A stretch of 64,000 nucleotides of DNA, from contig OZ287708.1 of NCBI GenBank assembly GCA_965649825.1, positions 639,411 through 703,410 on the forward strand. Direction: 5' to 3'. The position numbers were made by a program, and so were the translations under genes. Under the pieces are notes generated by a model, which did no database searches, was not told where the DNA came from, and was given only the letters and a program-made list of their open reading frames with translations. Numbering within the stretch: position 1 is the stretch's first letter; each line of letters opens with the position of its first letter. This stretch comes from Penicillus capitatus (lineage: Eukaryota > Plantae > Chlorophyta). Below, piece by piece: positions 35,293 through 50,576 of the stretch.

Positions 35293-38200
35293 ATGTGGCT
35301 CGATGGCGCGCACACACTCGCGTCCTACGCTCGACCATGTATCGTCCCGATAGTGCGACCACGACGGGTTGTGGGACTGAGAAGACCGCGTTCGATGGCC
35401 GTTCGTCACAGAGGCGACAGAATTCGGCAGGTGGACGGAGTAGAAGCGTGCTCGCTTTTGAAGGCGCAGTAGGTATGGATCCCGTTTGCGAGTGGAGAAG
35501 GGGTAGAGATGGACGAGGAAGCGTTAGCTATTCGACGGAAAGAAACGTCGTCGTCGTCAGCAAATGCAGCCGGGCCGAGATTGGGATTTCGTCGATGGGT
35601 GAATCGCATTCTCGGCGAGCCGTTGTCGTCTGCCTTCGATGTGCCCGATCATTGGAAAGCACAAATGTCCAAAGGAGATCTGTCCCGACTCGAAAAGTGC
35701 GCGCCAGTCATGACAAAGACAACGTGTCGTCGACGGAATTGGAGGAGCCAGGTACTATGATCGCGTTGCAAAGATCAATTCTCTGGAATCCGATTACCAA
35801 AAGATGACCGACACTGAGCTCCAGTCCATGACAGGTGCAGAGCTATATTGACTTCATCGTTTGTGTATGCACACACGCGTGGTGTTAAGCAGATCAATTT
35901 CGGAAACGGTTGGAAGAGGGAGAATCGATGGAATCTGTGATGATCGAAGCCTTCGCCGTCGTACGAGAAGTGGCAGACCGTGTTCTGAACATGCGGCATT
36001 ACGATTGTCAATTGGTCTCTACTCCACACAAAGTTTGATGCAAGGGTGACCCGGGTCGCCTCAATTAGGTGGGCGGCATGATTTTGCATGAGGGGCTGAT
36101 TGCAGAGATGGCGACAGGAGAGGGTAAGACACTTGTTGCCACACTGCCCGTATATCTGAACGCCTGCGCTGGGAAGACCGTGCACATCATCACCGTCAAT
36201 GAGTACCTTGCAGAAAGAGATGCCAAATGGTCTGTCTGTTTGTCTGTCCTACCAAAGTCGGTTCGGTCGAAGAGAGAGGTTTAGGATGGGCCGCATTTAT
36301 GGATTTCTCGGAATGACCACCACTTCTATCAAGACTTCAATGTCCGTACGCGAACTGCAAGATGCTTACAAGCATCAAATCATCTATGTAACGGCTCAGA
36401 AACTCTGCTTCGACTACTTGCATGACTGGAGTGCCATGTCCACGAATGAAATGGTCTCGAAGAATGCTATCAACAGAGGCGTCCATTCTCCTGACTCTTG
36501 TATTTCGGCGTAGGTGTTAAGCCCTCTGGACTACGGCATTGTGGATGAAGTGGATTCCATTTTGATCGATGAATCGCGGACGCCAATGATTCTCAGTTCT
36601 CCAGGGTACCAAGACACCCACAGGATCAAGACGAGTGCACAGGTATGTCATCTGCCAAACAGATACGATACGCATGACAAAGCCACGAACTCTGTGTTAC
36701 TGTTTAGGTGTTCTATAACTTGATGGAGGTCGAGAGATATGAATTGCTCAATCGCTTTGCAAATCAAGTGGAGTCGCTGGAGTTGCTGTCCAAACGGATA
36801 CCCAAGAAGATTCCGATAGCAGATATCGACACTGTCCGTAGCGCCATCGTTCTGTTGATGCGCATCATGGATGAAACAGAGTGAGAAGCTTGTATGGAAG
36901 AGGAGATGAGGGCATGTGTGTTTCAGATTTCTGCAGGAGAGATGGGCGACAGTCTACTTTCGTGAGGATCTAGAGTATCTCAGTGATGTGCGGATTCTGC
37001 GAACTGCCGATAACTACAGAAGCGCGCTGTATCATCTGGCGTCGGTCTTTTCGTGGGCCAAAACTCGCCTGCTCTATACCATCGACGCTCGGGGACAACG
37101 CGTGACGGTGTCGGCATTTGGAGCAAATCTCTTCAAAGATCGACTCGGTAGAGAGAACTCTTGTCTTCTTCGTTGCTCAAATCGTTGACAGAGGCGCTCG
37201 GCGAAAAAGTCGAGGGATCGAGTGGCGTTGCGTTGTGGGAAGTTCAATCCGAAGAGGATCCTTGGGGTCCATACCTTGTGAATGCCATCAAAGTGAGCAA
37301 GGAATGCTACCGAATGAACATTCTATGTGCGAGTCTGTTCTCGAAGGCGAACGAGTTCTTCACACTGGGCAAGAATTATATCGTGGTAGATGGGAAGGTG
37401 ACGATCATCGATGAGTCGACAGGAAGAATGCGACTGAATTCTCGATGGCAAAACGGTCTGCACGAGGCCGTCGAAGCCAAAGAACGTATTTATCAAGAGA
37501 ACAAGAAACAGAGAGAAGGCGTCGATTTGGAGACACTCATCAAAATAAGCGAACAGGACAGATTATTGGCCAGCATTACTTTCCAAGTCTTCTTCAAATA
37601 CTATGCGAAACTTGCAGGAATGTCGGTCAGTGAACAGCACTTGACAGACAGAAGTCATCATGACAGATGGTTCTGCAGGGAACGGCATTGAGTGAAGAGG
37701 CTGAGTTCTATGAGACATATGGGCTATCGGTAGACACAACACTGCCTTCATCTCTGGGGTTTATAAGTGGTTGTGGTGTCTAGGTCGTGCAGATACCGAC
37801 CCATCGGCCTTCACAGAGAAAAGATCGCCCTTCTATACTTTTTCAGCAATCAAATGACAAACTCAACTATCTACTCGCTGCTCTTGCGAAGTGCGGTGGT
37901 GTCCGGTAAACAGTGCGCACAGCTCTGGTGACGTCTGAGTGTGTTTGTGCGTTCAGTCCTGTCTTGATCGGAACGAATTCTGTTGAAGAATCGGAGGCCT
38001 TGATGTCGTCACTCAAGATGAACTGGGTGAATTATGAAAATGAAATCATTTGGGATGGAGAAAACCGATTTCATCAAGGGTAGAGATCACGGCGTCCTGT
38101 GAATGACATGCCATTAAAGAGCAGCTTGTAGGAAGCTGCTCATGTTGAATGCTCGACCAGAGGTGGTGAAAAACGAGAGTCGCGTCATTGCCCAAGCTGG

Positions 38201-40765
38201 CTTGCCAGGAATGGTGACAGTCGCCACTCGTATGGCCGGAAGAGGAACAGACATATTACTAGGAGGCAATCCCAGAGGTCTCGTTGAGAATGCCCTGTTC
38301 AAAGGCGTTTTGGATCACTTACTGCCAGATTCGAACCAAACTACCACCAAACTGGCCATTCGTGAACTCGATTTGCATGCCGAAGATTCGGCCATTGCGT
38401 CGCCCACAATCAAAGGACTCATGACGGCAGCCTTGAGCAGAGGACAGGCATCAGAGGAATTGCTCGAAACGGCAGAAGATGCAGAGAAGCTCATGAACCA
38501 TGTGATGACCGTGACAGAGAGCCTGAAGAGAGATGTTCACGACAGAGTGCAGGAGTGGGTGCGTTTTCTCACAAGATCATTTGTGGAGGTGATATTCACA
38601 GGACAACTGAGCCGACAACAGACACAGCGCACATCGTCCAACCAGATTTTGAAACGACAGTTCGAAGGCACATCGTCGAGGTTCTGTGCGACAGAGAAGA
38701 CGAACTGGAGAAGGTATGTGTTCGACGATCACCTACCTGCCAAAACCTGAGAGACATCAGCAGGAATCCCCGTTTGCTCAATCGCTCATCAAGTGTGCTC
38801 TCTACGTATGGCTCTGGTTCGAACAGCGATGTCAGATCTATGCCGGACAAGTAAGAACAATTGCTTTGTCGTCTTTGCGGACGGATGGGTGTTTGTGTGA
38901 AGGTTCGTGCATCTGGTGGTCTATTCGTCATCGGCATGTCTGTGGCGGAATCTAGACGCATCGAAAATCAACTACGTGTACAATGCATCCTGTTTCTGCT
39001 GAAGGACTTGCATCTGTGGTTTAGGGAAGAGCAGGTCGTCAAGGAGATCCAGGAGAGAGTCTCATGCTGGCGGATGTTTCGGATAATATGTTCCGAACAT
39101 GGAACCTTGGACGTGCGCCATTTACCTCTTCTGGATTTGAATCGACACGTTTTGCTTTTAGCGATTCGTCTCGTACTGGATGACGCATCAAACAGCAATT
39201 TCGTGAAGATTGAAGGCGGCATTGCACAGATCGTCATCAACAACACACGCAATCAACTGGAAGATGTTTACCGAAACGGCCGTCGATCGGTATGTCTATG
39301 GCGTGGATGACAATCGAGTCACTTGTTTGGCAAAAAGGTGGCAGACTATGATGAGGTCATGGAAGGAATCCGCAAACAATTCCGTTTTCTAAAGCAGATC
39401 ATCAGCGGAGGAACGAATGAGGAGAGAACGCAACTGATTTACGCATGGATCCAGGTGGGCCACTCTTCGGTCCTTTGCTCTTAATGGGAGATTCGTGGAG
39501 CCCAGGAGATTGCCAATGACCTTGTCCTAAAGTATACAGATGGCGGCGACAAGCACCCTAAGACATGGAATCTGTGGCAGTCTGATGACGGCGGCGCATC
39601 TGAGAGTGCTGAGACAGAAATGGGCAACTCATTGGAAGAGGTCATCGATAAACTGTATAATCCAAAAGACCGAACATCCCTCTTTCCTTTCCAAAACGTC
39701 CGAAAACAACAATACCCATCTCTTGCAGAGGTCACATCACATAATGCAGATGGCTTGATAATAATATGGACGGTGCAATCAGGTGGCAAAGGAAGGCCTG
39801 AAAGGCGAGAAGGAGCTTCGGAAAACGCTGAATACCATCTGCAGATTGCCATTTGTGCGCGTGGTGCCATTCACATCTGTCATGAAGCACGATATTTCGA
39901 CAGCACTGCAATCATGTATCGGATTCCGTGATCATCCATCGGAAGCTTTTTGTGTGTCCTCTTTAGTGTCAAAGCCAAAGGCAAGTGCAGCACAACACTT
40001 CTTGATGGGACGCCTTAAAATGACGCTCGAGATTCGTCACGGTTTGGCACTTCGCAAGAGACTCATTCAGTCGGACAATTCATCGACGGAGGACAAAACT
40101 TATGGCAAATATACGCGTCAGGTGAAACCCTCTACCTATGGACACCTTCCCAAATAATCTCCCTACTGTTCCAGGTCCAGATGCTGCAAGAGTACGTCGG
40201 CGAGTTGATGATCATGCTGTACGAAGAGCGGAAGTTCCAGCTCATCACAGACTTCGCCAGAGAGGATGGCTTCAGCAGACAAAGTGCCGTGAATCGACTC
40301 CAGTCCATTCAACGCATCACCATGCTACTTCAATTGAACAATCTCTGGACCAATTTCCTGCAGGTACACATAACAGTCCAGATGTGAAGACGCCCTGTCC
40401 TTCTACCGTCTCTGTCTTAGTTTTCTGACAAGCTGAAAACGACAACGCCTTTGACGTCTGTGCGAAGCTCGCCTCTCGAAGAGTTTGCTGTCGAGGCGCG
40501 TAAAGAATTTACATCACAGTTGATGCACTATCGGCGTGCAGTTGTGATTGCTATGGTGACACCGTCGATCGATATCACCTCGGATAAAGATCTGAATCTC
40601 TGGATCGATCTAATGCAGTCCGTGGAGCAGCAGCTCATTGAATCGGCTGCCCCAGATTCGCCTGAGCCCGTTTTGAATGACATACGCAATCTTCTTTTGA
40701 ATGATGCATCGACAGAGCAGATGGAATCTGAACATCCACCCCACGAAACACCATCCGGATATTGA
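35293..40765 (+). CDS. SECA2: Plastid preprotein translocase SecA (SECA2-like), many introns
   Basis: Transit-peptide-like first exon; [11 protein letters not shown]; [12 protein letters not shown]; [16 protein letters not shown]; IIDESTGR...[10 protein letters not shown]; [17 protein letters not shown]; [10 protein letters not shown]...GRQGDPG. GGNP and the long insertions favour the SECA2 paralogue. Confidence 0.88.
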
Positions 40766-40789
40766 TTTTGAATAATATCAAACGTCGTG

Positions 40790-42865
<2,076 letters not shown>

Positions 42866-43102
42866 CCATCGTTGTTTGGCACAATTGCTTTGTTAAGAAC
42901 CTACCAAGCGTCTGTTTGTTCGCCATCCTAACAGCATAGCATTCAATGTTGAACATTTGGCGTCCTTGGCAGCTGTCTCCTTGCAGAAAAGGCCTGGAGG
43001 TAGTCATCATGCATCTCTGTTTGACGCCCTGAAAAGCATCGTCTTTGTGATGAAGCAGCATTGGTGCCTTTTTTGGAAAAGTCTATCGGAATCTTGTACT
43101 TC

Positions 43103-45609
43103 CTAGAGCAGCTGCGGATCCGCATGCCAGAATTTAAGCTGCAGACAGAATGACCTTCTCGCAGGATAGTTAGCAGAGTAACTTCGTTGTTGCATCGGCC
43201 GATAGGCACAGGATTTTGAATCTTTCCGTTTCTGACAAGACCCTGAACTCGAACTCACGTCCATCATCCGCTCGGCGTTCTGAAGCTTGCTGTCCACAGG
43301 ACTTCGTGCATTTTGGGAGGTCTGCCTTCTGAAGTCACCCATTAAATGCGAACCAGCTGTCTGTCCGTATCCCTTCTCCGATACTGTTTCTTGCCTATTT
43401 TCATGGCTATTCTGCCGGATTTTCTTATCCCCTGCATGCTCAGGGAAGCACCGCGTTGAATCCTCAAGAAAAACGGCATTCTATCAGTGGAAGACCGTAG
43501 GATGGTCTTTGTTTACTGTGGACGATTCTCGGTAAGCGTCAGTCTGAGGACTTTTGTCGCCGTCGTCACCCACAGAGCAGCATAGTAATCTCTCACACGC
43601 ACCATTCTTTACAAAGAAAGGCACATGCATCAGCGCTTCCACCAGCTCTTCTGCCTGCTTCTGAACCTATTATCATGCATACATCCTTTCAAATTCTTGA
43701 AGCCAGTGCGCAAAGAGTAGAGGTTTGTACTTCGAGCCTCTTATCTGCGAAGAGTGTCTCGCAATGCTGCAGAAGGGAAGCCGAATGTTCTTCCCATACA
43801 GGGTCCTCTTCGAAGTGTAGGGAAAAGGCATTCAGTAGGGCAATGCCTTCCTGTTGTCTTTGTATGGACGGCAAGGCATCCAGGAGCCATGCCAATATTC
43901 CAATTCGCTGCATCGATGCAGCACAGGAGGTGTTCTGAATCAAGTTGGCAAGGCAGATCATGGTCATCCGTTGGATCCTATCTCTGATCTCACTGTCCTC
44001 AGGAGTGGACTCCGAAGAGCGACAGTCAAAAGCCGTCGTCAGCGCCGCAAACAGTATTTCAGTAACATTCTGGCAACCTGCAAGATACTGGCAGCCATTC
44101 TGTTCTGAAGACAAAACCTGAAGAAATTCAAACAGCTCCAGCGTTACAGGAATAGCGCTTCTTGAGAGCAAAGCCTGTAGCAGACATATGCCACACGTAT
44201 CACAATGGCAAGAGGTATCACCTCGACAAGAGTCGGATCCTGTTGAACATCGAGCAGATCGCCGTAGACAAAGGACTGGATGTGATTCGATCTCATCTCT
44301 GATCCTTGCGCCGTTGCGATTTGATCGCGCAACTGACGAAGCAATTGACAGACACTATCGTCTTTGTCCTTCTGCATGAATGCTGTTGGACGTCAGCGCT
44401 TCCTATTGAGCGATCATCGACCTTCAGCGATTCTTGGATCGCAGCGATGTCGTCCTTTCCGGATGGAGATGCTGAGAGAACCTCTGGGTTGTGGTTGTTC
44501 CAGTCGATGTTGTCTTCAATCATCATGACATCTGAACACCCAAGGCTTTCGGGCACATCTTTTAGCTCTCCTTCCTGATGCATAACACAGCCCGCATGCT
44601 GGTGGTAAAAATCACGGAGACCCATCCTGTGCAGGAAAACGGAGAAGAGTATACCAACCACATCGTGATTATGTATATACCTATTCTGATGCACCTCGGG
44701 AATATCGATGGCTTTTTGGTCTTCACTGCATGACCCACTTTTAAGCTGTTCGGCAGAAGCAGTCAAGCAAGTGGAAGTATGGTGATCTGGCTGCTCTTCG
44801 TTAGAGAGGCTTTTGTGCTGTGGCGCTTCTTCGTCGGATCTTCCGCACTGCGCTCGGTATAGAGTACAAAGTGTTGGACAAGTTTCTTCTGTTGGAAGCT
44901 TTTCCAAGAAGCTTTCGAGGCGATCCATCAATTGATCCCTCCACTCTTCAGTAAACAGATGGCGAAAAGTTGGATGTTTCTTCAGATCTGAGACATAGGG
45001 CAAGGCAAAGTAAGGCAGCAAGTCGGGCTGCTCCGTAAGCTTCGCTGCCTGATCTCCCATCCACTTTCTTAGGTCACGCATCATAGACTGCCGTTTCGTT
45101 TCCTGCAACGCGCCACGATCCACTGCCCAATATACCCGCAGCCAAAACTCCATCTACCACCACACACATCACCTCTTTGTTCGCGATCTCTGTGCGGCCT
45201 TACTTTTAGTCCCTCCCCATCTCTCCTCTGAAACAGAGGGATGTGTTTTCGCCACATCTTCCAAAACGCCTCTGGCTCGCCATCCACAACGAAAGAAACC
45301 TATGTGTCGTCGTGTCAGTGATATGCATGTCGTGGACGTATCCCATTCACCAAGAGTTCTTTGATGAGATTCTTGTCGTCGCTCGAATCGATGGGCTGAC
45401 GACATGGCAGTTCTGTTTGCGACCGTTCGAGCCGCTCCGATGCGAAAATCTGTCACGGGCGTTGTCACGCCACCGTCAACGTCATGCATCATCGCGATGG
45501 CATGGACGGCAACCTTTGACGTTTCGTCAAATCCATAGAAATCGAAGAACTCCGCGATCCACGTAGATACCCCGTCGACTGTCGCGTTCCACGATTCTTG
45601 GCCCTCCAT
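43103..45609 (-). CDS. ARMC9: LisH/armadillo ciliary protein ARMC9; 3' end approximate
   Basis: IAEFFDFYGFDET (LisH); FWKMWRKHIP...MEFWLRVYWAV; LLPYFALPYVSDLKKHPTFRHLFTEEW; ARM-like LSSEQNGCQYL. Confidence 0.82.
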
Positions 45610-45896
45610 TCGCCTACGATGGCGCTTTAATGATAGAGAATGAAACACATGGACGACATATCACAGAACCACCATCAGCATTCGTTTCACATGCACTTCA
45701 CTATGAACTGAGGTCGTAACAATATAGTTGATACGCACAAACGCACACGTCCTCTTCATCACCATCATCTCCTCAACGATACTGACTCTCTCGTCCTGAA
45801 GAGACATAGAGAAGAGGGTGAGACTGGGTACCAGGTTTTCTGTGTGAATGGCACGATCATGAACAAATGGATCAGAAAGCGGAGGACGTATCGGGT

Positions 45897-46552
45897 TTAG
45901 CGTATGTGTTTATTACTGTTCTCGCCATTTCTGAGTGTATCTCTGGCTTGGGTAATAAGGGATTCGACACGGATCGTCATTGGCACAAACTCTAGTACAA
46001 CACACCTGTCACATCAAAAAGCAAGGTCATGCCTCGCTCACCGTGCAGAAACTCGAGTCTCGTTTGCGAATGAATACTCTTTGCTGCAGACACAACACAT
46101 TTCTCTACACATCTGTTATGTAAAATGGAGAATCTTGCCGAGTTGATGATAGCCCATGGTGTTCGGTTCTTCAAAAGGTCCATTCTCGCAAGCCAGTTGC
46201 GTCAATTTCCCGACAAAGAGCTCCTGTTCGAGCCATATCTTCAAGAAAGAGACAACGGGGTCGGACGGCATACCGTTGCGACGGTCATAAGAGTGACGGC
46301 CTCTTCGGCAAAACGTCCATCGCGATGTTCTTTCATGATCTTTCGCACTCGGGCTATCGGAAGGGGCTGTTCAACAGAGATGTTAGCATTCGACAACGGT
46401 GGCTTTGATGGGGAGACGCGTTTGGGTGTCGGTGGCTCAGCTGGTTCCGCCTCGGTCGTCGGTGGAGAGTGGGGAGCGTAAACAACGTCGACTGATGTCG
46501 TCCCTTCCGCAGATTCCCGGTTCTCCGGCATCTCGCTTGGTGGACGTTCCAT
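45897..46552 (-). CDS. Histone-fold protein (CBFD/NF-YC type; DPB3/POLE4/CHRAC1-like)
   Basis: LPIARVRKIMK...EEAVTLMTVAT|ELFVGKL...YHQL|AKSIHSQTRLEFLH|EFVP; includes a GC-AG intron at 46084-46138. Confidence 0.8.
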
Positions 46553-46575
46553 TCTGATGCATTTAGGAAGTGATC

Positions 46576-48335
46576 ATGCACAGCGCAGTTAAGACGCGGA
46601 ATATTACGGCGCTGTTTAGAGGGTGGCGTTCTTTGTTGAAACGACGCGCCGCTGTGGAATTGGTGGAGGTGCATCCAACCGCGGCGTCAGATCTTGTGCA
46701 GTTTCGCCTTCTATCGCGAGTACGCGAGTAGCGCAGTCACGGTGTAACGTGATCGCGTGCGAACGACGTGTCTTTCCAGACAGGTCGTCTGCCATGCACG
46801 ACATAGCTGGAAGAATGGGATGCCTGGGTCTGCACGTACACACTTTGGACAACGCGGGTTCGGCACTTTTCGGTACCCAGTCTGGATGAGTCAGAACTCA
46901 GACGGCAGTGGAGGAGACGTTTCAGACACAGGCATGCAGGGAATGCAGATCTAGGATATCCATAAATGTTTGTTTGTTCAGATGATGAAGATGATACCGG
47001 ATCAGCAGAGGTGAAGAAACTCGATGAAGACAAGGATCTGCAAGAGAACGTCGACGAAGAGGAAGAAGGAAGAGCCATTGCCGAAGATACCGTCCGTGCC
47101 ATGACAGAAGAGATGTCATCGGACGACGACGCCGACAGAGAGACAGAGGAGGATGACGGCGATGAAGACAAGGATGTGCAAGAGAACGCCAATGGAGAGG
47201 AACAAGGAAAAAGCATTTCCGAAGATACCACCGTCCCTGCTATCACGGAAAAAATGTCATCCGATGGCGATGCCGACAAAGAGGCCAAGGAGGACGATAA
47301 GGATGAAGATATGAGTGTGAGTGTTATGCATCAGGCGAGTTGATCGCAGTTTTCGATTTCGTGTTTTTGGAATGACGTGAAGCAAGCAGGTTGTCGACGT
47401 CGATAGCTTTTTGCAGAGCGAGAGATTTCATGGAGAGACAGTTGCTTATCAACGACGACCGAGTCTGTCGCAGCCACCCGAGGAAGAGACTGACGAGCCC
47501 GTTTCTTTGCCACAGCTCGCTTCAGAGCAACGACGAAAACTCTTCTGGGAATATATGGAGAGTCCGAACAAAAAGAGGTCATGCCTGTCGTGAACTTGGT
47601 TCCTGAATGTATAGGGTGGTTTCGTTTAGACACCTGCTCAATCAGATTCTGCTGCCCAAGAGCTTGGACGAAGGGGAGGAATGTGGTGTGGACAAAAGTG
47701 ATATGATCCGTAAAGATGATTTTGCAGATTTCTTAGTCGATGTCCGCTCATCGCATAAGGCTGTCAAATCTGGTACCATTCAACGGTACCGAGCCATGAT
47801 CGTCGTCGGCAATTTCCAGGCAGGCTCTGATGGATGAATGCATGAAGATGAATACTCAACGGGAATGTGTGCAGGGTATCGTAGGGTTTGGCCTGGGCAA
47901 ATCGGCCACGGTTCAGGGAGCCATCGGCAAAGCAACACACATCGCTTTTAAGAATCTTGTTGCCATTCCTCTCTACCGTCAGCACACCATTTACGAAGCC
48001 GCCAGTGCCAAAGTCACAGCCACCAAAGTTCACACGATTCCGCTCCTTTTCTCTCGTCCTTTGCTTCATCCTGCATAATACAGGTGTTGATGTGGCCAAG
48101 ATCTCGTGGTTTTGGCATAGTGGCAAACCCTATCCTCTACGGTTGCTGTGATTTGATTGGCATCCGGGACATTAGCATCAAAGTGATCGGATCGCGTAAT
48201 CGGTTCAACATGATCAAAGGCTTCTTCGCTGCTCTGGAGAGTGTCCGTTCCGCGATCGAAATCGCCGAAGAGAAAGGCGTTTACATGCGCGAAGTATGTC
48301 TCTTCCCTCCCCCGCGGACGCTCGACATGACGTGA
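46576..48335 (+). CDS. Organellar (probably mitochondrial) ribosomal protein uS5 with a long acidic N-terminal region
   Basis: S5 core RYRAMIVVGNFQ|GIVGFGLGKSA...GKA and SRGFGIVANP...CDLIGIRDISIKVIGSRNRFNMIKGFFAAL. Linkage to the upstream transit-like and acidic exons is inferred from in-frame splice sites. Confidence 0.72.
47023..47310 (+). repeat. Coding tandem duplication, ~138-141 bp unit (46-47 aa, acidic), 2 copies plus the start of a third
   Basis: GATGAAGACAAGGAT(C/G)TGCAAGAGAAC at 47023 and 47161; DEDKDLQENV...EDTVRAMTEEMSSDDDAD versus DEDKDVQENA...EDTTVPAITEKMSSDGDAD. Confidence 0.9.
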
Positions 48336-48531
48336 CGTTTCTATTCTGACGGTTAGAGCAATCTATATAAAATGTTGGGCAGGGCCACTTCAACTCGTCT
48401 AATCTCTGAATCCACGCTGACGTACGTTCCAGTGAACGTGTTTATTGTAAACAAGCTTCGCAGTTCTACAGCCCCAGAAGTTTTGCCCTAAATCTATCAG
48501 TGCCCTTTCCCGTTCCTCAACGTCGCGGTCG

Positions 48532-49480
48532 ATGTCGACTTTCTCTCCCAAACGCCCTGACAGCCGTGCGAAAGTAGTCGACGTTTTGTTCGCGCAGCAA
48601 GTGAACCCTCTGCGCGTCTGTTCACAGGATAGATACTCCCCGTCCGGGCCAAACGTAACGTTTACGCGTAACGCAGGTCCAAAGGAGCTACCAGGTATCC
48701 GGCACGTTTCCTTCGTCCGGTGACTCTTTGAATGACCTCTTCGTTTGTCATACCCTGCAGGAACTGCTGTGTATGGCCTTCAGGAAATTCCTGTCAAACG
48801 ACCGCAAAAGTCTCGATACTCTCTGCAGCCATCCATGCATGCATCAAAGTGCTCTACTGTTGCAGAGACAAGTTTGAAAAGTCAAAGGCTGAATTAAATG
48901 TCAAGCAGAGTAAGATTCGGCCCAGTATCAACACCAAAATGCGCAAAGTCATGGAGTCGAACCGAAGGAACCCCATTGCCATGAATCCCATCGTGTGTCT
49001 CGATTTGGCCTGTTGGCCAGCCACGCATTCTTGCTGACGTGTATGGTTGTGCTGTGTAGATTCCGTCTGGTAGCAAGAGAGATACCCCAACGTTCCGGTC
49101 GTCTCCTGGCAATCCCCTAAATCATCATCAAGGCGAAAAGGGCGTCAATGGTGTAAGTGCCTCGTCTGATGGCAGCGATGAACATAAGTAACTGAACACT
49201 GTTGTGTTTGTCTGTTGTTCAGAATGCGCTTCGTTCTTCGTCGCGATATGCAGCACGATTGAAATTCGAGGCCGCTCACTCGAATTCCCCAGCATCTGAC
49301 GAAAACAAATATGCAAGTCAGTGGGAAGCATGTCGCAACGTAAAAGAAGCAAAAACCAAAGAGACTTCCATTCTTCGAACACATCCTCATGGTGCCACTC
49401 AAGGACTTATTTATCACACCCGGCCGGATGGCCTGTCTCTTCCAGGACTTGGCTATGGCACCCCTTCTTGTCAGTCATAA
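48532..49480 (+). CDS. Hypothetical basic protein, multi-exon
   Basis: Four GT-AG introns give a continuous frame from MSTFSPKR to GYGTPSCQS*. No domain recognised. Confidence 0.5.
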
Positions 49481-50576
49481 TGCAATTTACATTCCTCATA
49501 TACACAAGCGTCCTCTTACGTCAGTGTGTGTTATGTGAGTGAGGGAAGGTCGAATAAGATTTCCGAGTCAACTACCACTATATCCTTTCTAAATCATTCT
49601 ATCCTTGAAGATAATGGCACAGCAATTGTGCATGACTTCAATTCTTTATGTTGCTCGACGTTTGTGCATGCATCACAACGACTGACTGTCTTGCGATTTT
49701 ATTCGATCATCTGCCGGAAGAAATCTTATGCTGTGGGCCTCGGTTTCGATCAAGAATGCAGCTTTGCTGCGGGCACTCTTGACAATCAATCACAACGTGT
49801 TGGCTGGTTGGCTGGCACGCAAGCATCTGCAATCCATTCCTAAATCAGAACGTTGTCGTTGTCGACAGTGATGTCCTCCTCTTTGTCGTTTCCACGTCAA
49901 TGCTAATGCTGCTACTGTTGTTGTTGTTGCTGTCATGAACGACTTCCGACATAGCATTCGCTCATAAGCGTGACTGTTCTTCGTGTGCCTGCTTGCCTGC
50001 CGTATTATTGTGTAACAAGCACTTAGATTTCTCTCGATAGTTGTCCTACTTTCTGAGTGAGGATCGATATTTCGCCAGACTGTTGTCGAAAATTCTTAGT
50101 CCATTCACTTATGAAACAAAGAAACAACCCAGAATCACAGTATGAAAGTGTGGGACCAGGATGAATGAAGACTTGGGAAATGACAGATAAACGTGGAGAG
50201 AAGGGTTGCTTCGATTGGATGCCATATCCGATCGAACGCATTCCTCTGACAATTCGCCTTCATTGTTTGCTCTCATTTTGCAAGCGGTGCATTTCTGGTC
50301 GCTCTTGTGTCATCAAGCTATGCCGGAATCTGGCAATAAAGGAATTACAACTCTTGCGCATATCTGACGGGCTTTATGCGTCATGTCTAATGCTGACCGA
50401 GAGACATCAAGAAGCCGTGTTTCTGTTCAAACTAGCAGAGATCGGCAATCGTTTGCTGTTTGTTGTGAAAAGTTTTGTCATGGTCTGGGAACGCGATGTG
50501 ACAGCTCAGCGTGTAGATGTCTGCCAGTCAGTCAGGCACAACAACATGAACTCCTGCCTGCACACTCATCTCTTCA

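Noticed and set aside
46737-47288. Long Ser-rich antisense ORF (likewise 6952-7419, 23098-23379, 58429-58833)
   Set aside because: These are shadow frames opposite low-complexity or well-supported genes.
49500-50560. Additional gene(s) between the hypothetical gene and TAF1C, including a (GTT)4 tract at 49916-49929
   Set aside because: Short minus-strand ORFs could not be joined into a defensible model, and the microsatellite is trivial.
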